Positions 44,501 through 57,060 of a stretch of 64,000 nucleotides of DNA are shown here, in pieces. A model generated the notes under the pieces. The model saw only the letters and a list, made by a program, of their open reading frames with translations. It had not been told where the DNA came from and did no database searches. Within the stretch, counting starts at the first letter, position 1; each line of letters starts with the position of its first letter. The stretch is taken from NCBI RefSeq assembly GCF_009834535.1, contig NC_045706.1, positions 24,180,001 to 24,244,000 on the forward strand, read 5' to 3'. The DNA is from Camelus ferus. Lineage: Eukaryota. A program made the translations under genes and the position numbers.

Positions 44501-44789
44501 TCTACCTGATCTGCACTCTCTGTTTACTGAACTGTTTGTGCCTTGAGGTTGACCGTCTTCCAGGGTGGGAATTTTGGCTGCCTGGCAGGGGTGTCAGATG
44601 TCTCCTTGGTTGTGAAATTACTCAGCCTGCTTACTATGGGCAGCATCATGGCACCTTTTCCCTGAAGGACTCAGGCAGCTCTTCTCACTCTTCTGAAGAA
44701 GATCTAGACAGCTGAATCTCAGTCCACAGGCAGGCTGAGCCAGGAGGTAGAACACCAGAAACTTTTCTATTCTGGCTTCATAGGAAGCA

Positions 44790-45760
44790 GTAGAGTTGAA
44801 TGGGTAGAAGCACAGATTTTGGAGTCAGGTGAACCTGGATTTGATTCCCATATCCACCACTTGCTAGTTGTATGATCTTAGCTGGTAGGTAAGTCTGCTT
44901 ATCCTTTCTAAGTCTCATTTTCATATTTAAAATGGGGATGATGATGAAGAGAGAAGGTATTTAAAGTGCCTAGCAAATGGCATGGCTCAAAGTAATAAAT
45001 GGTAGTTGCTATTATTATTGTCATTTTTCTCTCTTCTAAAAGGAGGATGAATATTTCAATCATTCATTTAAAAAAGGAAGCCTGTTGCATTCTCCAATAA
45101 CTGTGTGTACCACAGGAAAAGTGGAAACCCTCAGAAATTAAAAGAGCTATTCCAAATTACACCATACATAAATAAGAACCACCAGTTATCTTGGTATTTA
45201 TCCTTAACTTGTATCCCTTTAAAGGTTTAGTAATCAAAGGTAGAAGGCTTACCTTTGAAGTTTTTTATATTTACTTAATAAGAAATAAACTGAACTTACA
45301 GTATCTTACATTAAGCATTAAGAACACTGGATTGGGACTCTAAAGCTAAAAAATTAGAATAATAATATCTTAATTATGTTTTATTGCACATTTACTTTAT
45401 TCCATGCATTGTACCACATGTTTTACATGAGATACATGAGATAATGTATGTGAATTCCTGAGCACAGTGCCTGGCACATAGTATATGTTCAATACATTTT
45501 AGTGCTATTATTTATTTTTAAATTGAATTTATTTTAATTCTCTAACACCCATTTTACAGGTGATAAAATACAGGCTTAGAAAAGTTAAGTATCACATAGC
45601 ATTAAAACGCAGAGCTAGAATTTGAACCCTACACCTATGTTCTTACCTAGAACCCTCAAACTTCCAGTCCTGGTTCCAACACTAACTGGATTTGTGGCAT
45701 TGTACAAATTACCTAGCCTCCCTAAATCTTAATAACCTTATTTGTAAATTATTTTTAGGA
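44790..45760. mobile_element. Cluster of MIR SINE fragments in both orientations
   Basis: MIR core motifs at ~44800-45020, 45370-45500 and 45540-45760. Confidence 0.55.
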
Positions 45761-46849
45761 TTTATTTAAGCTATAATCTCCTATGGATTTGGAGGATTTT
45801 CTGGAATGGCTAGTTGAAAATTAGGGTATTTTTGCAGAGCACTATTACTCAAAGTATAATCTGTAAACTGTTTCAGGTTCACAAACTGCTGCTTGGTGCA
45901 CAAAGGGATATATACAGAAATTGAAAGAAAGCATTTTGAAAATTTTATAACATCTTGACAGAGTAATTTTATGTATGTTGATTCTAACAATAAAAAATAA
46001 GATTTGTATTATGTCTGTTTTTTAAATTTCATTTTTCTGGTAATCTGGTTTATTACAGTTTATAAAACTATGGGTCTGCAGTGGATTGACATAAAGGAAA
46101 AAACAAAACAAAACTCTGGTCCTTCACCACGGATAGTACTATCTATCTATGAAAAAGTACTAATCTAGAGGACTATGTGAACATCTCACCAGGATTATGA
46201 AACAAAATTTTAGGTTTCTTTAAAAAATTACATGTTTACAAAGAGGTACACATTAAATCAGAAATGTCCTTACTACTGGTACCCTGCTAGGAGCACAGCA
46301 TCCCCTGCCATTTCCCCAACCCTACCACCACCAAAAGCTGTAGGAGTTGCTCCTGTTAGAGCTCTCCTGATACACCTAGCAATCAGCAGTTGAACCTAGA
46401 GGGCAAAACTCCAATTCCGCCTAGACTGAACTCTCTTGGAAAAGTTAATACTTTTAAACCATCACTCCCTTTTTTTGGAGGGGTCGGGGAGTGAGGGTGA
46501 TAGTGAAGGTTCTTGGCGGGCTCATTAAAAAGTCTAGCCCTTCTAGTTTTCCATCACTAAGTTTCCATAAAGCGTTGACTCACAAAATGGAAGTGCTGGA
46601 ATTTTAACAGTCAGATTCCAACTATCTAATTTGACAGATGAGCTTAGGTATTATATGCCTGGTTATTGGTAGGAGTGAGACTAATGATTCCTTGTCCATT
46701 GACTGGATTGTATACTACGTAAGGGTCACATCCAGAGCACCCAGAGAGTTTTCCATGAGACTTTGTCCAAGCCTCTGTATGGTATCACTCCTGCCCCCTC
46801 TCCAAGTCTCTCAATGCCTTATTTGAGCTCTTTCCTTTTAAGAAGCAGA

Positions 46850-49770
46850 TTAGCAAATCAAATCTAGCAATATATAAAAAGAATCATATACAAAGACTAA
46901 GTGAGGTTAATCCTGGGAATATAAGACTGATTCAGTATTTGAAAATCAATTAATCTACCATATTAACATTCTAAAGAAGAAAAACCTCATAATCATAACA
47001 ACTGTTGAAGAAAAGGCATTTGACAAAATATAACACCCATTTGTGATAATGAACATCTACAAAAAACTATGGCTAACAGCATACTTTACAGTGAAATAAC
47101 TGAATGCATTTATCCTAAAATTTGGAACAAGGGAAACTGTCTACTTTCATAGTACTGGAAGTCCTAACCAGTGCAACAAGAAAAGGAAATAAAAGGCATG
47201 TAAATTGAAAAAGAAGAAACAAAACTGTCACTGTTTGCAGACAACACAACTGTCTCTGTAGAAAACGCTAAGGAATCTAACAACAATAACAAAAAAAGAA
47301 TGAATAAGTGAGTTTTAGTAAGATCACAGAAATACAAGGTCAACAGACAAAAATGAATCACATTTCTTGACTGGATAAAGAAATTGTGGTATGTTTATAC
47401 AGTGGAATACTACTCAGCCATAAAAAGAATAAAATAATGCCATTTGTAGCAACTCAGCCATAAAAAGAATAAAATAATGCCATTTGAAGCAACATGGATG
47501 GATATGGAGATTGTTATTGTAAGTGAAGTAAGCCAGACAGAAAAAGAAAAATACCATATGATATCACTTATATGTGGAATCTAAAAAAAAAAAAAAAAAA
47601 AAAAAAGACACAAAGGAACTTATTTATAAAACAGAAACAGACTCAGACACAGAAAACAAACTTATGGTTACCAGGAAACAAACTTATGGTTAGCAGTGGG
47701 GAAAAGGGGTGGGAAGGGATAAATTGAGTTTGAGACTTACAGATACTACTATATATAAAATAGATAAACAACAAGTTTCTACTGTATAGCAAAGGGAAAT
47801 ATATTCAATATCCTGTAGTAACCTATAATGAAAAAGAATATGAAAAGGAATATATGTATATATATGTATGACTGAAACATTATGCTGTACATCAGAAATT
47901 GATACAACATTGTAAACTGACTACACTTAAATAAAAAAATTTAAAGGCATTTGTAGAACAACAACAAAAAAATTGCATTTCTACACACTAACAATGAACA
48001 TCTGGAAACTGAAATTAAAACACATACCATTTACAAACATGCCAAACAAACTTACTTAGGTATAAATCTAACATAACATATACAGAATCTGTATGTTGAG
48101 AACTATGACATGCTGATGAGAAAAGTCAAGATGATCTAAATACACGCAGAGACATACCATGTGCATGGATTGTTAGACAAAACGTAGTAAAGATGTCATT
48201 TCTCCCCAAACTGATCTATAGTCTCTATTCAATTCCTATAAAACTTCAGACAAGATTTTTTTTTTGCAAATATAGACAAGTTTATCGTATTGAAATGAAA
48301 AGGCAAAGGAACTAGATAGAATACTGAAAGTAATATTGAAAAAAGAAGCATACGGTTGGAAGAATCACACTACCTGATTTTAAGACTTAGAATACAGCCA
48401 TAGTAATCTACATAGTGTTGTGCTGTCAGTGTTGTGACACACAGATCAATGGAATAGAACAGAGAACCCAGAAGAGACTTACATGAAAAAGACCAGTTGA
48501 TTTTTGACAAAAGTGCAAAGACAACTCACTGAGGAAAGGATCAGTTTTTTTTTTTTTCCCACCAACAAATGGTATTGGAACAATTGGGCATCCATATGCC
48601 TCCCCAAAACAAAAGAACCTTGATCTAAAACCTGACATATTATACAAAACATTAACTCAGATCACAGATGTAAATGAAAAACATAAATCTGTTTATCTTT
48701 TAGAAGAAAACATAGGAAAAATCTTTGTGACTTGGGAGAGTGCTTAGATACGATACCAAAAGCATTATGCACAAAACGAAAAAACTGGTACACTGGACTT
48801 CATCAAAAATAAAATGTCTGCTCTATGGGAGATACTGTTAAGAGACTGAAAAAACAAGCTACAGACTGGGAGAAAATATTTATAAATAACTGTATAAGTG
48901 TCATTGTAATAAAGGACTTGAATCTGGAATAGACTTCTCTAAGTCTCTATACTCAATGGTAAGAAAACAATTCATTTAAAAAATGGGAAAAAGATGTGTA
49001 CAGATATGTCATCAGAAAGGATACATGAATGGCAAATAAGCATGTGAAAAAGGTGTTTGATGTCACTAGCCATTAGAGAAATGCAAATGTAAACCACATG
49101 GAGACACCTACTAGAATGGCTTAAATGAAAATACCAAGCACCGGAGAGGATGTGGAAAAACTAGAATTCTCATTGTTGGTGGGAATGCAAAGAGATACAG
49201 AGACTCTGGAAAACAGTTTGGCAGTTTCTTGTAAAAGCTAAACATACACTTACCCTTTGACCAGAAATCCCACTCCTATGTGTTTATCCTAGAGAAATGA
49301 AAACCAATGTTCTTCACACAAAAACCTGTACACAGATGTTTATAGCAGCTCTATTCATAAGTGCTCCAAACTGGAGATGCCAAATGTCCTTCAGCTAGTG
49401 AATGGATGGATAAGCAAACTGTGGTATAGATGGTAATAGAATACTACTCAGCAATCAAAAGGGAACAAATTATTGATCCATGCAGCAGTTTGGACGAATC
49501 TCAAAAGTATCATGTAGAGTGAAAGAAATCAGTCTCAAAATGTTGCATACTGTATGATTCCATTTATATGAACTTCGTGATAAAACTGTGGTGTTGGATA
49601 ATAGATCAGGGGTCTGGGGAGAGTGTGACTACAAAGGAATAATAGAGGGAGTTTTCTGGGGCACTGAAATTGCCACAGTGGTTACAGAGATCTATGTGTG
49701 TGTTAAAATTCATAGCTCTGTATACTAAAAAAAAGTTAATTTAACTATATGATAATTAAAATTTTTTAAA
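46850..49770 (+). mobile_element. LINE1 ORF2/3' UTR remnant with a younger L1 3' end nested at ~47368-47950
   Basis: Degraded ORF2 motifs (aaaggcatttgacaaaat, ctggacttcatcaaaa); the nested piece has gcaacatggatgga, an internal poly(A) and a distinct 3' UTR. Confidence 0.85.
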
Positions 49771-49780
49771 AAGTACTGAA

Positions 49781-49912
49781 GGAGGGAGGGTATAGCTCAA
49801 GTGGTAGAGTGCATACTTAGCATGCATGAAGTCCTGGGTTCAATCCCCAGTACCTCCTCTAAAAATAAATAAACAAATCTAATTACCTACCCCAACCCCA
49901 CCCCCCCAAAAA
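49781..49912 (+). mobile_element. Vic-1-like SINE
   Basis: gggagggtatagctcaagtggtagag...ggttcaatccccagtacctcc; imperfect TSD aaaagtactgaa / aaaagatctgaa. Confidence 0.88.
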
Positions 49913-50959
49913 AGATCTGAAAGAACCTTACACAAATCTCAGCCTAGTTCACACCAAGAATGGCATCCACATGATGTAGCGCAATATCAGGCCCTGACTT
50001 CCAAGACTGAGTTATGAAGATATCAAGATTAGGTTATTAAGGGAATGGACACCTATGAAAGTGGACCTGAATTCAGAAACATTCTTTCTCCTCAAGGGTT
50101 GTGTAAATGCTAGACTGGCATAGAGGGCCTATTTCTTCTCTCCCTGGGCTCTTCTAACCAATATTAGAAAATATGGAATGGAAACCCATTCTTTCAAAAT
50201 CTTCAGTTGAAGCAGTCCTGCAAAGATAGATCACATTTCTATCAATTTAAAGCCCACTGAGCACAGTAGAGAAGCTACTACCTAGTACATTAAATCACTT
50301 AGCTGTAGGAGCTCACACCCTAACCTTCCATTTCTTGCTTTAACCTTTGGCCCATGAGAATTAGTTCCCTAAGGCCTAGGTAAGATAGAGGCATTAAATA
50401 TATAGAGAAAGAATTTACCAGGGCATAATTTATCTTCCACAATACACAAAGGGTACCAAATCCTACCTGGCTAAAGGCCCTTGGCATTATTAAAGTCACT
50501 ATGGAAAGTGCTGACAACTACTGCATTGCAGCTTCAAGGAGAAAAAGTGGGGATAAAAAGCAAGGGTGGGAAGGGGGCTTTCATCTGCCACAAAGCCTAA
50601 CCCATGCTCCGGAAGCATTTGGGCCACCAAAGGCCCCTCTCCTACATGACGATGTTCATCTGTCTGCTTCAAATGTGCCAACAGTATATACATTATTAAG
50701 TAGCCATGTCCTGAAAAATCTCTAATCCAGCATCCATTAGATTAAGTCTGAATTCTGCTGGCCAAGCCCCAGCCTCTCAGGGGGCTGGCATCAACTATGG
50801 AGGATGGAGTAGGGTTTCAAACACCTGTTTCAGCTTTTAAAGTGTCCGATTCAGGCCACTGTGCTCTGGCTCAGGGATCCTGATGATGTGCGTTCTCTTC
50901 TCCTGCCAAATCCTCAATTTAAAGAGCCTAGCCCCTCAGGGGAGGAAAAGATAGCCACT

Positions 50960-51560
50960 TTGAAGAAATGTTTCTTTTAAAGTTAAACACACATATACCC
51001 TATGATACAGCAATTTCACTCTTAAATATTTATTCAAGAGACACTAAAATACACATTCACAAAAAGACTTGTATAGGAACATTTACAGCAGCCTATTCAT
51101 AACAGACAAAAACTGGAAACAATCCAAATGTCCTTCAGTAAGAAAATGAGTAAGTTCTCTTATGGCTTATCCATACAGTTGAATATTACTCAGTAAAACA
51201 GAACAAATCAAAACAAAACAAAAGAACTAGTGATACATGCAACAACATGGATGAATTCCAAAAACATGCTAGGTGAAAAGAAGCTAGATACAAAAGAGTA
51301 TATCCTGTATGATTCCATTTATATGAAATCCAAAACCAAAATTAATCCATGATAATAGAATACAGAAAGTGGTTTTGTGTATGTGTGTCAGGGATAACTT
51401 AAAGGGGGCATGAGGAAACTTTCTGGGGTAATGAAAATGTTCTTTATCTTTTTTTAAAGATGGTTAATGAATTTATATAATTATCAAAATTTATCAACTG
51501 AACACCTAAGGTCTGTGCATTTCATATGTTAATTATATCTCAATTAAAAAAAAAAAAAAG
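50960..51560 (+). mobile_element. L1MC/ME-type 3' end
   Basis: cagcaatttcactct, gcaacaacatggatgaatt, ctgtatgattccatttatatg motifs. Confidence 0.7.
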
Positions 51561-52384
51561 AGAGAACTGGGGGCTTGCAATGAACCTCCCCTACTGGGCA
51601 TTATCTTGGAGGAGGATAGAGAAGGGAAGAAACAAATTTGCTTCCCTCACAATTCTGGGAGCAGAGGCTCAACAGCCATCTGAGCTGCCACCACAGTGCC
51701 CCTTGGGCAACCTTTGGGGAAAGAAGAGATTTTCAGGTGGTAACTGATATACCCTCAATGGGCCCTGTTGCTCCCCAAAGGAGTGTCACTGAAATGTCTT
51801 CAACAGTATTTACTTCCCCATTGCTCAAAGTATAATCAGGGTTCAACTTAGAAGAAGAAAGTTCACATATAACATAAGCTAGGCTGTCAGTACTCACAAT
51901 TCAGTCTTTAAAAAAATTATACTATAACCATAGTAATAGACAAGTCAGAGCTCTAGTTCCAGAACTGCAACTTCTCTGTCATGAGGCCTTGCACAAGTCA
52001 TGACCTTCTCTAAGCCACAGTTCTTTCTCTATAAAATGAGACTGGATGAGCTCTGTGTTTCATTTTAGCTCTACTGTTGTATGATTTTAAAATCTTATGT
52101 GGCCTCCAGGATCAGATGTGGAAGGCAAGCCTTGTAATCCTTCTCAGCATTGTTACAGAGACTCATCCTTTAGCTTAATGAGGAATCCCATAGGGATTCT
52201 GCATATCATGTGAAATGATTTCTCCTCTCTAACACACTTATAGAGTTAGTTAGATTCAAAGAGAACAGCAACAAATTTAAGATGTGAGAAGCTGCTTACA
52301 TGGCAAACCTAATGTGGCACAGGATAAAAGAAGAGTAGGTATCCTCAAAATCCAGTGAGAAGACTGGAGAAGAAAACAAACATG

Positions 52385-52600
52385 TATCTAGTGCCTACTA
52401 TGTGCAAGGCATGTATTGTACTAGGCACCTTGCACACATCATCTCATTTCACAAGAGCCCTTTAAGACAAGTTTTTATCTCCATTTTACAGATGAAAAAT
52501 GGAGGTTCAAGTAGGTCAAGTAACTGCCAAGACAACCCAATGGCAGGGATGGAACTTCAACCCAGGTTTATTCAGCTCGAAAATTTATGCTTTCTTCCAC
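52385..52600 (-). mobile_element. MIR SINE
   Basis: atctccattttacagatgaaaaatggagg core. Confidence 0.65.
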
Positions 52601-53469
52601 AACCATTTGGCAGGAAATAGGTAGGTCCTACATCTGCAAGGGGTCCTAGCATTTTCTTCTTGTTAATAACTCATTTCATCTATCTTAGTAGTCCTTGGTA
52701 CTACACAGAAGAAAGGGTTAAACCTACAGTTAGGAAGAGAAAATTCCCTGTAAAATTGAAACACATGCTGTGGCTCTGACTAAATTTCACACCCATTCTG
52801 TTGAGCAACATCCATAGTGTGTGAGAAAAGATTCCTTCTCTCCCCACACCCCCATCCTTTATCCATTCCATCACCTGCTGCCTTCCTTCAGACTAAGCTA
52901 AGGGGGAGGAAGGGAGGAAGACTATACATCTTTGCTTGGTGCACATTTAATCAGAGGTTAGTAAACCCAGGGTAAGAAGAAGTACTATGTGAAAAAGGAA
53001 AAGGAAAAACACTCTCTCATTTCTACTTGGACCAGCAGAGGAGGGAGCACTTACGATAAGCCATAATGAGGAAAGGGATTGGACTTCTGCTGGAAAGAAG
53101 GAGGAAAGGAGGAGGCTGTCCTTCCCAGAGAGTAGGCAGAATTCAGGGGAATAAGGCCAGTTTACACCTGTCCCATTGTCTGGTATTTCATGCTCGAGCG
53201 AACCCTGTATTTCTGTCCATGAGAATTATGTCTCACCCAAGAAAGCAAATGGGAAGGTGGGAACACTAATTTTTTTCCCCTCTGCTACCCTCTTCAACTA
53301 GATTCCAACTTCCAGTACCAAATAACAATAAATATAGTTATTTGACACTGGAAATTGACTGGATAGAAGATGCTTGTGAGAATTTGAATCTAGGGTAGCT
53401 ACTTGGTATAAAAGAAAGAAAAGGAGGGTAAGGTCAAATGAACAAATGCCATTATCATAATTAGTCTCC

Positions 53470-53937
53470 AAAGATAGTCCCATACAATGCCACCTCTCAT
53501 ATGCCCTTCCTCCAATCAAGAGGTAGAACTTAAGTCTATTCCCCTTGAATCTGGTCTGTGACTTCTTTGACAGATAAAATGAAGAGGAAGTGACAATCTG
53601 GGACTTCCACGCCCAGTCACTAAAAAGGCTTTGAAGCTTCTATTTCTTTCATTTTGGAGATCTGAGCTGCCATGTACAGAGTCTAATAGAGAGAGGTCAT
53701 GAGAGAAAGCCCTAAAGACTGAGGCATCATGTCAAAAGAAACCACATGGCACTACACATCCAAGTCACAGCCACAGCAGACTGCAATCTCAGGAGAGACC
53801 CCAAGTGAGACTATTAGAAGAACTACCTAGCTGAGCCCTAGTCAACCCATGGAATTGTGAGATATAATAGAATGGTTGTTGCTTTAGGACCACAGTTTTG
53901 GAGTGGTTTGTAACGTAGTGATAGATGACTGAAACAG
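53470..53937 (+). mobile_element. MaLR (MLT1-type) solo LTR
   Basis: cccttgaatctgg, ctgagcccta-gtcaacccatggaattgtgaga, and a terminal gatagatgactgaaaca motif. Confidence 0.7.
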
Positions 53938-54049
53938 CTGGCTTTGTAAAAATGAAGCCAGTAGTTCTTTTGTTCTCGGCTTATAACATAAACCATATTG
54001 CAGAAATACAGGGAAATATACTCAGTTTTAGTTAGAATATAAGGAATTT

Positions 54050-56550
54050 ATACTGGTGGGAATCCCATTCTCACTAGCAATTGAAAATTAAAAACACCAA
54101 AAATAAACTTAAGAAATTTATGGCACATAAATGGAGGAACAACGAATCCGCAAATTTTACTAGAGTCACAAAAGAAGTCTTGAATAAATGAAGAAGCCAT
54201 AATATGTATCTGGATAGGGAGGCCAAATATATTATAAAGATGTCAAGTCTCCCCATATTAACTTATGTTTTTAAATAAAAATTCCAGTGGGAATTTTTTA
54301 AAGAACTTCAGTAAGTGACCCTGTACTTCACATGAAAGAATAACAGGATAAGGATAGCCATAATATTTTTTTAAAACAACTAATGACAGAAAGTTTGCAG
54401 TATCATTTTTAAATGAATTATAAAGCTATGACAAATAAGCAAGTATAATACTAGCAAAAGAATAGGTAGGGAAAATATGTACTCTGTGATATATCATAAA
54501 AGAATATTCAGTAAATGATCCTGTAACACATGGTTAACTATTAGGGACTAAAAGTTAAATTCCTGTTTCATTCCACTTGACAAAATAAACTCTATTTGAT
54601 TAAAGGAACACTCAACAAATATTTATGAGCACCAACTATGTGCCCGTCAGTGGGCTAGATAATAGAAATATAGCGGTGAACAATGCAACGCAATCTCTGC
54701 CCTCATGGAGTTTCCTGTATAATGCAAGAGACATTAGGGCTCACGTAAGTATTATGAAGGACAAGTGAAAGGTGTTCAAGCGTTAAATATAAAAATTGAA
54801 ACATACAACAGGCAGAATAAAGTGACCTGAGGTGAAGAGAAAGTGGTTATAAGATTCATCAACATATTTTTAGCATAAGAAAAGGAAATGGAAGCAGAAC
54901 TGAAAAGGGCTGAATACTAAGAGTCTTTAGAAAGAAGCACCAATGAGAAATAAGCTCTGAAATGGAAGCACCAGGTGGAGGGTGAGAAAAAAGAAGGAAT
55001 ACACAGAAAAAAATGGAAGAGGAAATCACTGAAGAACCAATATAAGATCATCTCTCAAAATCAAATGATATGATTTTCATAGATCAAAAGGACTCTCATT
55101 AAGAACCTAATACAAAGAATAAAGAGAGACCCACATCAAGTGTTTTAGAACACTGGAACAAAGAGTTTGCAAAAAAAAAAAAACCAACAAAAACCTTCTA
55201 GTTCAAATACAAAGGACTGATTGATAATCAACATGGCACCACACTACTTAAGATCAACACTGGAAATGAGAAGACAAAGAAGCAAAGCCACTAGATTCTG
55301 AAAGAGAATAATTTCTAAACTAGAATTCTATATCCTGTCAAATCTTAAGTGTCAGTATAGAATACAAATAGTTTCAGATATGAAGAATTCAAAAAAATTT
55401 GTATCTCAGGTAGCTTTTTCTAGGAGCCTTTGGAGGATTTTTCTTTTTTAACCAAAATGAGAGTAAACCAAAAAAGAAACGGACATAGGATCCAGGAAAA
55501 AAGAATCCAGAGAAAAGTGAAGGGAAGTTCCAAGATGACAGCTGTGCCTAGTGCCTAGAGAGGAACCAATGCAGAATGGAAGAGGATAGAAGGCACTAAG
55601 AAAGATTCTCTAGAAAGAAATAAAAATGGAGTAGAAGAGATGTGTAGTATTCAAAACAGTATTCAAAGAGTTTTTAAAACTGTATTGCAGAGCTTGAGAA
55701 GAAACGATGAAACTAACATAGAAAACTAAGCATATTTTTTAAAAAGGGAGCAATACTTGACTTGGTATTGAATAATACTTAAAATCTTAATAAGGTAAAG
55801 GCTGAATATAGATTTAACCAATTGGAGAAAGAACTATATTGGGAGGATGGAGGGAAGGAAAATGAGTACCAAGCAGCACTGCAAAAGTATTATCTCTACA
55901 TCTAGGGGAAGGATATCAATAGATATTATTTCTAAGGTAAAAAATCTATTTTTACAAAAAGGCAGTATCAGCATATTATTTAGGAATATAAAAGTAAATA
56001 TCTGGACAAATAAAAGAGCTTAGGGAGGGGACCTTAAAAGGTTGGGGGTGGTATTATATGCCTTGCAGCATTATTGGACTTTTTAAAACTATATATTACC
56101 TAAACAAATAAAAATAATAAAAAGAATCTATCTTAAAGAAATAAGAGTGATAGGTAAAGAATTCTGTACAATGATATTTACACTACATTGCTTATAATAT
56201 TGAAAATGAAATAATCTAAATAACCAACAACAGAAAACTTTAAACAAAAATTCTGAAACATTCAGAAACATTCATACAATGAATATCATTAGATCTTGTT
56301 TTTGAAGAATGTGTAATAATGTGGAAAAATGCCCATAATATATGATAACAGATAGAAGAGGCAAAAATATATAGAATATGGTCCCAATTTTGCTAAAAGG
56401 TGTGTGTGTGCATAAAAAAAAGATAAACTAATAGGTATTTCCAGGTGACTGGACTATGGATGGGTTTTATTTCCATCTCTTTTCTCTGTATTTTCCAAAG
56501 TTTTCTACATGGAATATTCTATTATTATACAATTACTAAATATTATTTAA
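54050..56550 (+). mobile_element. Highly degraded L1ME/L2 fragments
   Basis: A-rich, with L1-like pieces (tattataaagatgtca, tagaattctatatcc); boundaries uncertain. Confidence 0.45.
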
Positions 56551-56992
56551 AAACTTTTTAAAAGCTAGTTCAAAAAAAGGGGGGGAGGGGAATTACGCAG
56601 CCTAAATGACAGTCTGATGAAATATTATCACTAAGTTTTAATAAAACTACCATTTACCCAAAACTTGTTATGAATATTGATTCTGTTGTTCATAAATAGC
56701 TAAGAATAATTTTTTACTACAATATTCTCCTCATGTTTAGAAAACTAAAATGATCATAAAAACGTGGCACTTATAAGATCATGAAATAATACTGCCCTTT
56801 CTGGATTCATGTCCCTCACCCTCTCCTTCAATAAATACTATTCTGTACATCCCAGTCCTGGCCCTATGTTAGACTTTAGAGATACTAAGATGAATAGCTT
56901 ATAGCACTTGCTCACAGAGTACAGACTATACTAGCTGTATGACCACAGCCAAGCTTCAAGTTTTCTGGGTCTCAATTTATTAGCCTGCTTTC

Positions 56993-57060
56993 ATTCTTTC
57001 TTTTCTTTTCTTTCTTTCTTTTCTTTTCTTTCTTTTTCTTCCTTCTTTCCTTCCTTTTCT
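56993..57060 (+). repeat. (TTTC)n-like polypyrimidine simple repeat
   Basis: ttctttcttttcttttctttctttcttttc... Confidence 0.8.

Noticed and set aside
46850-49770. Possibly active L1
   Set aside because: ORF2 is fragmented by stops and frameshifts, there is no 5' UTR or ORF1, and it carries a nested insertion
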